Below are positions 49,429 through 64,000 of a stretch of 64,000 nucleotides of DNA, piece by piece. Both the position numbers and the translations under genes were made by a program. The stretch's first letter is position 1; every line of letters begins with the position of its first letter. The notes beneath the pieces are model-generated. The model worked only from the letters and a program-made list of their open reading frames with translations, was not told the DNA's origin and made no database searches. This DNA is from Guillardia theta CCMP2712. Taxonomy: Eukaryota > Protista > Cryptophyta. The DNA lies in contig NW_005434626.1 of the NCBI RefSeq assembly GCF_000315625.1, forward strand, positions 259,448-323,447, given 5' to 3'.

Positions 49429-49588
49429 TTCCTTTGTTTGCACATATACCCAAGAGAAACCTGCTCCTGCTCCTACTGATCCTAATCCTCATATTCTTTC
49501 TCCTGTTCATCATATTCCTGCTCCTGCTCCTGCTGCCCTCCTGGCCTGATGCTTGCTCTGCTTCCTCTGCGACAAGAGATTTCCTTCT

Positions 49589-52104
49589 CTACATGTTCAT
49601 GTCGCGTGCACGCGCGAGTGTTCCCTTAGAGCGATACTGCAAGGAAAGTCATGCAAGGAGAGGAGGGGGAAGGCGATGGGACGGGAAGGCAGCAAGGGAG
49701 GGCATGACGGTAGAGGCGAGAGCAAAAGAGAGTAGCGGGGAGGAAGGGACGGAGAACTGGCGAGGACGAGAGGGGAAGTAGGAATAACCTGCTGAAAGCA
49801 GCTCGAGCACAAAGTTTGTCCCATGAGCTCCGACCTGGAGAGAAAATGAGAGGAGGAGCAGCAGCGAAGATGGATGAGCTTGACGGGAAGAGGAGCAGGG
49901 GTGGAAGACGAGGGACGAGGTGATACCAGTCGCGACCGCCGGAGGCCGTATGCTGACTGACAAAGTGCCTGCGGGGAAATAAACGAGAGGAATCGACGAG
50001 GGAGAAAACCGAGAAACAGGAGCAGAGTAACAGAGTTGAGGGTAAGGAACAGCAGACAGGAGATAGTGTTGAAAGGAAGGAGGAATATTAGGAGGAGGAG
50101 CGAAGAGAAGAGAGGAGCGAAGAGAGGAGCGAAGAGAGGAGAGGGGGAAGGAGATTGGAGGGGAGGGGGCTGGGGAGAGGGATGTCAAGGGAAGGGAAGG
50201 GAAGGTGAGATGGCTTCACCATCTATCGTTGGAGGAGACAGTAGGGTGAGGGCAGAGTGCATACGAGCATCGCTCCTGCAGAAGAATGTCATGTACTCGT
50301 AGCTTCAAGTCAAGTCACTTGCCTGCTTCGTCCCCATCGCCTTGCTCGATCCCTTCGGCGCCAGAATGATACCTTTCCTCGACTTGAAGCGACACCTAGC
50401 GTCTCGTCATCCTCCTCCTCCTCCTCCTCCTCCTCCAGTACCAGAAGAGGAAACGACAGCGGCAAACTTCTCCACATGGCAGCCCATCGTCGCACACGAA
50501 GCCAGAGGCCACTTTGTCTCCTCCAACATCGAAACTGTCCACGACAGCCTCTCCTGCAGCCCCAGCTCCAGCTCCAGCCCCAGCTCCCCCGCCCCCCGCT
50601 CCTCCAACTTCCCCTGTCATGTGAGACGCCTTTACTTCTGCACCTTTCTTGGACCTCGACTTGTTCTGGAAGGCAGACTCCGTTGGAGCAAACAGCTTCG
50701 TGTGCTGACGTGCCCGTTGGGGACGAGCTGCGGAGAGTCCAGCAGCCCTCAGAGCTCCTGCTCCCTCCCAAGGAGCAAGTTGATCAGCCATGCCGTCCCA
50801 GTTGTCGGTGACGGCGACGTCGTGATCGGGCAGGTCAATCCATTCCTCCTCGTCATCGTTGTACTTGATCTTGTAGCATCCATTCTCTCTCTCCTTATCG
50901 TATCCAACTATCATTCCATGATACCACTCTTGGTCGTCAAACCAGAACACTTCAACCTTCTTCCCCACCCACTGCTGTCCATCGGAGAAATCCTTCATCC
51001 CCTGATGTTGAGGGGGGGCGATCTCTTCCTTGAAACGCTCGTCGAAACTCTTTGCGAGCTTGAAAGCATCCGTTGCCAGAGGAGAGTCGATCCCGTTGTA
51101 AAGAATGCAGTTCTTCCAAACCAGAGTAACGTCCTTGCGGACATCGTGCGCTGTCTGATACGACCCATCGACAAGCTGATCCACAATCGTTCCCAAATCC
51201 ATCGGGTTCTCAATGACTTGTCGATAGTCTGGTACAGTCCTTGTGTCCACCGGGCAGTTGAAGATATCAGCTGATTTCTTCTTCCTGAGCTCTTCGAGGA
51301 TCAAGAAACATTTGCTGGACGAGAAACTCAGGGGAGGTTGAGCAGGCATCGAGTTTACCTGAGAGGGTGAAGGTCGCCAGACATAATCTTGGACTTCTTG
51401 TTCGGAGTAGCTTTGCGTGGCTCAGCAGCCTGTGGCAAGTCAGGCGATGGGGGGGCACGAGGATCACCTACCTTTCGTTTTGATCCTCCCTTGAAGCTTC
51501 GACCTGTGCACCGAAGTCAGAGAAGGCGAGAGGAGCTACGGAGAGGGGAGGAGGAGGAGGAGGAGGAGGAGGAGGAGGAGGGGGAGGCAGCGAGCAAGTC
51601 AGAACGACCTTTGGACTGAGAGGATTTCTGAGCAGCATCAGCGTCTGACTTCCCGTTCCCGGTGCCGAAATCAAACCTCGAGGCCTCATCCTCATCGATC
51701 TCCTTAGCTTCGAGGAACTTCTTGACGTCGTAGATGGTTTTCAGCACCACCTGCCTGTCAGTCTCCACCCCCGACTTGAGCACGAACTCGATCTCGAAGC
51801 TCTTCCTGTGCGATCCCTTCTTGCGATACTTGACCTGGCGCTCGAACATGTACCTCGTCACCCCGTCGGTCACCGTGATCACCTCATGCTCCTTAGAGGG
51901 AGACGAGCTTGACTTCTTGTGGTGAGATGTTTGCTTCTTGGATTCTGCCTCCTCGTCGCTCCCGTCGCTGTCTCCTTCGTCCATGCTGTCGGGTTCGCTG
52001 GCATCCGAGGTATCGACCAGGTCAGCAGCGGCATGCTCCTCGGATCCGGATTCACTGTCATGCATTTGCTCGTGAAACTCATCGTCGCTGTCATCATCGG
52101 GCAT
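49589..52104 (-). CDS. Chromatin reader: MBD-like region + bromodomain + Tudor/Agenet-like domain + C-terminal GATA-like C4 zinc finger
   Basis: Bromo: IFNCPVD...PDYRQVIENPMDLGTI...VWKNCILYN. Tudor: VGKKVEVFWFDDQEWYHGMIVGYD...YKIKYNDDEEEWIDL. Spliced 3' exons ERCSYALCPHP...GGRDW/SELMGQTLCSSCFQQ/YRSKGTLAR. Confidence 0.85.
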
Positions 52105-52797
52105 CTGAGAGCAGAGAGGTCAGCAACACAGATGATGCAGGCAACACGAGGACGCGCGAGCGACAAATCGGAACAAAAGGGGACGGAGGTGGGGGGGGGG
52201 GGGGTGGGGGGGAAGCAGTTGTGGAAGTTGACAACTGTTGTGTAGGTGGGAAGGTGCGAGGAGGAGAGTGGAGAGGGAGGGGACAGGAGGACAATTAAGG
52301 GGGGGTTGGCACTGGCAGGGGGCGGGGAGGGGCAGGGGAGCGGAGAGGGGAGGGAAGAGGAAAACCACTACTGCTGCTCTCAAAAAAATCATTGAGTAGC
52401 ATTTAATTTTACTCACATGGCGAAAACAGATACAAGACAAGCAATCCGACACATGCTTTTCAAGAGAAGACAAACAGGGGAGGAAGCTCGCAAGTCATGC
52501 AGCAACAGCAGCATTCAAGTTCGCTCATACATCGTCATCAGCCTCCTGGCATTCGCCTCTCCCCCATTCCTCTTCCTCGTACCCACAAACCTACCATGTC
52601 GAGGGGCAGCGGGAAAAACAGGTCGTCCTCCTATCAATCCTGCAAATGTGCCAAATTATTCTCGTTATTTTCAAATTTATTGATCCTGTTTTGAACATAT
52701 AACATTTTTTGAAAAAAACTCTTTCACCCACTTCAAATCTGGACTACCCCGACAACTCCTACAGTCTACCCCACCCCCCAAGCTGCGACCCCCCATT

Positions 52798-54784
52798 ATG
52801 GCGAAGCCACGAGCGGTGAAGATGGAGGTCCTAACGGGAGAGGCCCGACTCTTCTCTCTTCCTTCTCCTCCTCCCCTGCTCCTCTCCTCATGGGAGCCCC
52901 TGTCCTCAAGCTGGGCGAAGAAAGACTCCCTTCCTCGCGTCCTGGAGGCTCTGAAGTGAGTTTTGTTGCGCTCATACTTTCAATCCTGTCCCTTCCTCCG
53001 CCCTTTCGATGTTCAAGATGATGTAATAGTGAACATCCTATGGAATCTTCGAGATCTTGTCTTGTGTATTCCATCACATGGGCTCATCGTCAGATGACTT
53101 TCTGCAGGATATCGCGGCCCCCACGAACTGTTGAAGCCTTTACCGCACCCATGGCTGTGGCAGGACATTTCGTCGAAACATACACATACGACAAGGAAGC
53201 GATGGAGAATTGTATCGCACTGTCAATATTTCATTACCTGCAAGCTGCACAGGATCACAAGCTACAAGCTCTGGTTGTAACTAGCAAAGACAGCCTATCA
53301 GATGATCTGTACAACGCCTTGACAAGTGTTGCTGGTTTGTTGAGCTTCGTACCCAAGATTGCGAAAAGCTGCAGCAATGATGCTCATGTATGTATTGTTA
53401 GCGCATCAGAAATCGCCAAAGCATCCAATCTTCCGTCGTTCAAAGTTGCCATTGTTGCAAATGTCGATGAGATATACGACAAGTCTGCTGATAGCCTCGA
53501 CAAGATAGCTTCTGCAATTTCTACTTCCAATCAGGATCGCAGCGACAATTGCATTCTAATATTTTCTACTAAAAATCCTTCGGACGAGGTCTGAGACATA
53601 CCTCGGAGCAAACAGATTGAAGGAGTGATCGGATCTACAGGTTGAATCCAAGGCGTTTGCTCTGCGTAAGTTTCAAAAAACTCTGTTCCAAAAACGTCCC
53701 TACGCTGAATTGGAGGATGCAAAGGACCTGATAAACTTTCTCAAAAGGTGATTCTGACTGTGGGAATTATTTCTTGGCTTATCTCTTGCCATCTACAGGG
53801 AGGGAATCAAAATCCCGTCCCAGCACCTTGAACAAGCTGGGTGCTACGATCTCCATAGCCTGCGCTCCTTGGATCCTCAAAGTGAGTTGACTGGCTTCTT
53901 TCCTTGCACTTTTCTCGCTGTGACTTCTTGAATCTCCTGCAGTCCTTCTCGAGACTCTTGGCAGCGAGCTCTCAATACAACTGGTGAGGGAGACCTTTCG
54001 AACTACAACAGCTGCCAACTTTCATCTCATCATCTACCACAGATGAGTTCGTTAGAGAAAGATCAAGTCGCCGAGGCGCTCGAGCACGATGTGCCGCAAT
54101 TCGACATTGCAAGTGGAATGTGGGAATGGACTCCTGACTCCGTCGAGAGGTTCCCTCTGGCAACTGGCGCCTCAACCCCTCTGAACTCTACCCTTGCTGC
54201 AGTTGGACGGCCAAGGGCCTTGACAAGAAATACATTCACACGGAGCCGGACGGGTCGATGTGGATCTTCAGTGCAGCGCTCAACGTCATATACTCTCAGT
54301 CTGCGAACATGAACGCTGCTCCCTGGGATTTAGGTTTGCTAACGCTACCTGCCCTCCCTTGCTCTCCTCCTCGGTAGAGCATGTGGCAGGCATCGGTCTG
54401 ACTTGGTGTGCAGATCCAAATTTGGAGTGCTACTCTCCAAGCGAAGGCTCTGAAGGATACGACGAGGATGATTACGAATCGGGTGAGTGTCCGGGGGCCA
54501 GGATGCTCCAGTGAAGCTGTGTTCGCAGGTGATGGGTTGCCTCCTCTCAGCGGGGAGCTGTCCGCATTCTTGGGGTCCCTGGACGTCGATCCGTCGCAGA
54601 AGGAATACCTGTCGTACACCCTGGCTGTAATCCTTTGCTGCTGCACATCGTGCCCGAAACTGATCTTGATGCCCAGTCCGCTGGGTTAGAAACGGTCGAG
54701 CAGCTGCGAGAGATCCGGTGGTCCATGACGCAGGTCTTGGGCATCGACTTTGCACTAGCTACAGCAATCAGTCAAGCTCTTTAA
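52798..54784 (+). CDS. Hypothetical protein with a degenerate DEAD-box-like RecA domain; multi-exon, boundaries approximate
   Basis: SWAKKDSLPRVLEALK, LQALVVT, AHVCIVS, KVAIVANVDEI and ILIFST appear in DEAD-box order, but without GxGKT, DEAD or SAT. Confidence 0.45.
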
Positions 54785-54854
54785 CTGTATACTCGTTCTT
54801 ATATCATCTTGGTCGAATCCCCGCCGATTTTCACCTGTGTCCTCCACTCACAAT

Positions 54855-55095
54855 CTTCATCATCATACATCATCATCATACATCATTATACATCATACAT
54901 CATCATCCTCGTACATCATCATCATAAATTATACATCATTATCATAATACATCGTCGTCATCATCATCATACATCATCATCATCATACATCACACATCAC
55001 ACATCATACAACATCAAACAACATCATACATCATACATCATCATACATCATCATCATCATACATCATCATACATCATCATCATCATACATTATAC
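54855..55095. repeat. Degenerate (CAT)n/(CATA) microsatellite
   Basis: Direct reading. Confidence 0.85.
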
Positions 55096-55182
55096 ACTCC
55101 TCTACCTCGCCTGGCATTCCTCCTCCTGCCAAAAGCGCCGGTAACGTGACTGGTACGTGACCAGCTTCACGTGTCCTTGCCA

Positions 55183-57517
55183 ATGGCACAGCTTGGTTTT
55201 ATCGGCGAAGAAGCAACCGAGGTGCGAGGAGGGCAGAGGAGGGAGGGGGGGGAGAAGGAGGGAGGTAGTAGGGAGGAAGAGGATGGATGGAGGATGTGGA
55301 GAGAATTGGCAGGAAGGAAGATGAGGGAGGGAGGGAGCGAAGGAGGGAGCGAGGGAGGGGGAGAGTTGGAAGAGAGAAAGTGGGGTAAAGTAACAACACG
55401 ATTAAACACGAGAAGTTTGTTGAGAGCAGCGAGGAACAAGGAAGTTCGTGGCAAGAATGAAAGGAGAGACTGGCACATGCATGTTCATGGGGCAGATTGT
55501 TACTGCGGAAATGTTCTAAGTAAACATGATTGATTGATGATTACAGCCGAAGCCAGAAGACTCGATAGCAGGAGGAAATCCATGCTGGATTGAAGGGATC
55601 GACGTAGACTTCCCGATCACGTGTTAAGAAGAGCGCACCATTTCTTGAAATCTGAAGTACTTACAGTTGTGATGCTTGCAACAACAATCTTTACTTGTTG
55701 CTCCAACTCAACACAGACACCAACGTGCTGAGAAGAAACCTTTACGTGAGGATGTCATGCAACTTCTCTTCCAATGAATTTTTGTGACCTGTGCATTTTT
55801 CAGCTGTTTGCATGTGTAAGAAGTAAATGTCAAAGTCAACCAGGATCCTGGAAGGCGTTAAGAGTTCAGAAACGCTGGAACAAGCTTGACGACGACATCT
55901 CATCTGAGCATCAACAAGTGAAAGTGCAGCCAAACTCCAAACCTCAGCCACGACCGCTCTTTACCAAGGATGATGCAGCCTGGGGGTGCGAGGACGCGAG
56001 TGACTGGAACGAAGGAGGTGCTGTAGCATTACCACAACCAGCAGCAGCATGTAGCGACGGAGGAAAGAGTTCGGCTCCTGAAGGAGATGCTGGTGAGGAC
56101 AACTGGGGCATGGAAGAGGCGGGGGATCGAAGTATCCCTCAAGATCTCCTCTCTCTCCAGCAGAAGGTGCAGGACATGAAGATGAATGCGGGCAGAGACG
56201 CCGAAGGGCAGCATGCTGACGCTGAGAGCGACAAGGCTGGGAGGAGGAGGAAGAAGAAGGGAAAGAATCAGTCCGGAGCAAAGGCTGGATTGGATGTGGG
56301 AGCGGCGGAGTTTGTTCCGGTAGGAGAGACAGAAAGGAGGAGGAGGAGGAGGAGGAGGAGGGGAGGGGGGGGAGGGGAGAGGAGGAGGAACGAACCATGT
56401 TGTTGTTGTTGGTGCTGATGTTGGTGCTGCTGCTGCTGGTGGTGGTCATGCAAATGAATGATGAGTTGGAGGCGAGGGACTTCATATAACATGAATTGCA
56501 AGGTTATGGCTGGAGTATTCAATGCAGAGTCTGATAGTCACTCATCGAACCAAGGCGAACAAGTGAAAGCTTTCTTTCCCTGCTATTACATGTAGGGATG
56601 CTGCTGATTGGGGAGACAAATCGATTCGATCCTGCTGATAGTGACATGCAGCGAGTACGATGCCGAGCCGGAGCCGGAGGAGGACAAAGACTTGGCGAAG
56701 TAGTCACTGCAGTGCACGAAGCCTGTCTCTTCTTATCCCGGCCCTTTCAGGTACAAGGAGCTGGCGGAGCAGGTGGTTGCCGAGCTCAATGAAACTTCGG
56801 GAGGGGGCAGCGCTGCCCTGTGGAGTGGAGAAGAGCACGAGTCAACTAAAGGAGACAAACAGTGCGTCGCTCCTCCTCCTCCTCCTCCTCCTCCTCCTCC
56901 TCCTCCTCCTCCTCCTCCTCCTCCTCTCTCGCTTGCTCTTGTTCTAGTTCCCACCGTCCACCTCCTGTTCTCTTTTCGATAATCCTCCCCTGCCTCCTCC
57001 TCTCCTCTCCTCTCCTCTCACTCTTCCTGCCAGCTTCTCTCCTCATTTCTTTTGTCAGGTTCCGCAAGTTCCGCAAGCGTGTAGCAAGAGCGCCTGAGCA
57101 AGTCCTCCGGTACTGCTGGAATGGCGAGCCGCTATGGCAGAGCTCGGAAGCGCAGTGTACCGAAGTCCCGCCATGCCCCCGGTGCGGGTCGAGCCGAGTG
57201 TACGAGATGCAGGCGATGCCGGGCCTGTTCTACGAGCTCGGGGTCGAAGCCTTCGCTCCCAAGGGAGATGAAGGGATGGACTGTGGGGTAGCGATCATGT
57301 GAGACCGAAGATGTGGAGGAGGAGGAGGAGGAGCGAGGAGGAGAAGGAAAGATGTGGTGGTGGTGGTGGTGGTGGTGGTGTGGAGGAGGAGGAGCAGGTG
57401 GTGACTTGCTGTTTCAGATACTCCTGCTCGTCAAGTTGCGGCTCCTCGGGACAGGCGGATGGCGATGGGAGCGGCGAAGATTTCGTTTTCATCCAGCGCG
57501 ATACGCTTGTCGGCTAA
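55183..57517 (+). CDS. PDCD2-like protein (PDCD2L/Tsr4 family uS5 chaperone); multi-exon
   Basis: MAQLGF, IAGGNPCW, CDACNNNLYLLLQL, RNLY/LFAC...C....SWKALRVQ. PDCD2_C: FRKFRKRVARAPEQVLRY, CPRCGSSRVYEMQ.MP, MDCG....YSCSSSC, EDFVFIQ. Confidence 0.88.
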
Positions 57518-57567
57518 TGCTCCGCCGGATCCTTGCATTCCATGAACGAACTTGATCTGTCGACTTC

Positions 57568-57614
<47 letters not shown>

Positions 57615-58455
57615 GCTGCTCCTGCTCCTGCTCCTGCTCCTCCTGCTCCTGCTCCTCCTCCTCCTCCCCCTCCTCCTGCTCCTCCTCCTGCTCCTCCTCC
57701 TCCTCCTCCTCCTCCTCCTCCTCCTGCTCCTCCTGCTCCTCCTGCTCCTCCTCCTCCTCCTCTACTCCCTACTTCTCCCCTTCGTCTCCTCTTGCTCCCG
57801 CTCATGCTCACTTGCTCGTCCCCGACAGTCTGCTGGGGAAGGGAGAAGCGGTGAACTGGGTGGGGTACTGCATTACAGACTACCCGTATATGTCGTATAT
57901 AAAATCACCGGTGTTGGGTTAGTTTCGAGCAATGCACCCCTCACCAAGGTAGGGTGGTTGGGATCTGTAGCGATGATGTCAGAGGGATGGCCGCATGTTG
58001 TGGAGAATAAGTGGAGGCAGGAGGAGGGGAGGAGGAGGACGAGGACGAGGACGAGGACAACTGTGAGAGCTAGGGCAACGGAGAGTAGCAGCAGGAGCAA
58101 GGGCAACGGAGAGTAGCAGCAGGAGGAGCTGGAGGAGGTCTATGGTTTGAACAAGGTAGAGATGGATCAAGAGACCTAGAAGGCTTCCAGCGAACATTGG
58201 CGGGGAAGTCACAGCTCTTGTAGATAGGCAGGCAGGCAGGCAGGTTAGAGTGTTTCGTGAGTAGAGAACAACTATCGGTAAGGATGAAAAGCTAACAAAG
58301 CATCAAGATGCAAGGTAGAGGCAGAGGAGGAGGCAGAGAGGTTAAGGTAGTAGATAACATGTCAGGGGGCAAGAGTGAGAATCATATGAGTCCTCACCTT
58401 GAAACCGAAGAGAAGAAACGTTACGACAACAAGTGACTTGCACTTGAGATCAGGC

Positions 58456-62689
<4,234 letters not shown>

Positions 62690-62772
62690 ACATGAAAACT
62701 AACTTGTTGAGATCGAATAAACCCCTTTATTCCTACAAGCTCTTCTCAGAGGATTTTGTCCATCTGATCTGT

Positions 62773-63085
62773 TTAGTAGACTCCGTAGCCGTGGACGTTG
62801 TACTGCAAAAGAAACGTCAGAAATTGCCTCCCTTCGCTGCAGCCGTTCAGCACTCACGTTGGGCCAGCTGGACCAGTCGACGGGAACCCAGGTGGTGTGA
62901 GCCTGGGGGTTGAAGGATCCGGAGGAGGGATCAGACTCGTAGGGGTGGATGGTCACAGCAGGGTTGCCATCGGTCTGGAGGAAAGCGCCCCATGGCTCGT
63001 CGGCCTTGTACCAGTTGCCGGAGGCCTTGGTGTCGTACATGGAGTACGGGTCGTTGCGGAGGAAGTGGATGGGGGCGAAGATCAT
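62773..63085 (-). CDS. Small (about 85 aa) aromatic/Pro/Asp-rich orphan protein, two coding exons, strongly biased codons
   Basis: MIFAPIHFLRNDPYSMYDTKASGNWYKADEPWGAFLQ...VDWSSWPN|gtgagt..ctgac..ttgcag|YNVHGYGVY*; nearly all codons end in C or G. Confidence 0.7.
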
Positions 63086-64000
63086 CCTGAGAGGAGCAAG
63101 TCAGTCAGGGAAATCTTGCTGCACGGCAGATTGATGCATCATAGTCAACGCATTATCAAAACTGAATATATAAAATGGACAGTAGAGAGAATGAATGGAT
63201 TGAAACAGATGATGTTAGTGAGGATGTTGAGTTGTAACAAACCAACTATGCACAAATAATCCTTCCATTTTTGGAGATGTGAACAACATTCCAATGCCAA
63301 AAACATTCCACCAACACGAAGAGTGCACAGAACAGGAGCAGCAAGAAGAGACTCATCTCAGCATAGCATTGAAAATTTCAGCAGCAACAGAGGAAGCGCC
63401 ATGTCCATTTCGTTCTCCGTGTCTGCCGCCATCGTACCTGCTGGGTAGTGGGCGAAGAGGCACCACGCGGCTTTTGACAGAGGGGGAACCACCCCCAACC
63501 ACCACCCCAACACACTACCCTACCCTGACATCTTACCTTCCTTTTCCTTGTGTGTACCCCTGTTCCGAGCTTATAGAAGTATCACCCCCTAACTCCGAGG
63601 CTCTGAGAGGACCTACCCCACCCCCATAATTGGCCTTTGAGTGATACATCTCGGAGCCTGAGTTATGACCACCTCCCCCTTGCCTGGACTACCCCCGGCA
63701 ACTTCTGGTACAATTCTGGCTACCCGTACAATTCATGATCACCCGGTTATTGCTCATGAAACTACTCACCGGAAGACCACAGAAGAACTTTGAAAGCGGG
63801 GGGTAGGAGGGATAGTCTGAAGGCAAGGGGGTGCCATCTAGACTTCTTAGGATGTAGATGGGGGTAGGGTAGTGGTCTGGGGTCACTATTAGCAGTGGAA
63901 GGAAACGAGAAGTTCAGCACATGACATTCTCACCAAAAGTTCATGAAAAGAAGCTTTTGCAAGTTCACTGTTCCTCTCAATTGTTCGTCTCGACTCCGCA

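Overview
Eukaryotic nuclear DNA, not prokaryotic. It is gene-dense, with many ~45-60 nt GT-AG introns carrying a CTGAC-type branch point, longer introns filled with microsatellites, and three N gaps. A signal-peptide+Phe bipartite plastid presequence, flagellar genes, an EsV-1-7 repeat gene and a 'GGRDW..LC..C' zinc finger point to a cryptophyte alga (Guillardia/Hanusia-like; inference). About 20 spliced genes were reconstructed by eye. Recognisable ones: PP4 catalytic subunit, EsV-1-7 Cys-rich repeat protein, organellar TrpRS, Obg/CgtA GTPase, CRAL-TRIO protein, RING-CH E3 ligase, DRC2/CCDC65, DNAJC2/zuotin, IFT57, PDCD2L-like and PGM3/AGM1. Others are a multi-pass membrane protein, a long coiled-coil protein, a catalytically degenerate Zn-ADH, an MBD-like/bromo/Tudor/Zn-finger chromatin reader and a degenerate DEAD-box-like protein. 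The most unusual items are (1) a ~3 kb island at 36.0-39.1 kb with a frameshifted coiled-coil + HNH-like nuclease gene facing a small orphan gene, (2) the four-module chromatin reader, and (3) two classes of recurrent intergenic patches: TACCCC/GGGGTA arrays that switch polarity, and GC-rich palindrome-dense islands. Exon boundaries are manual estimates and no database search was run.
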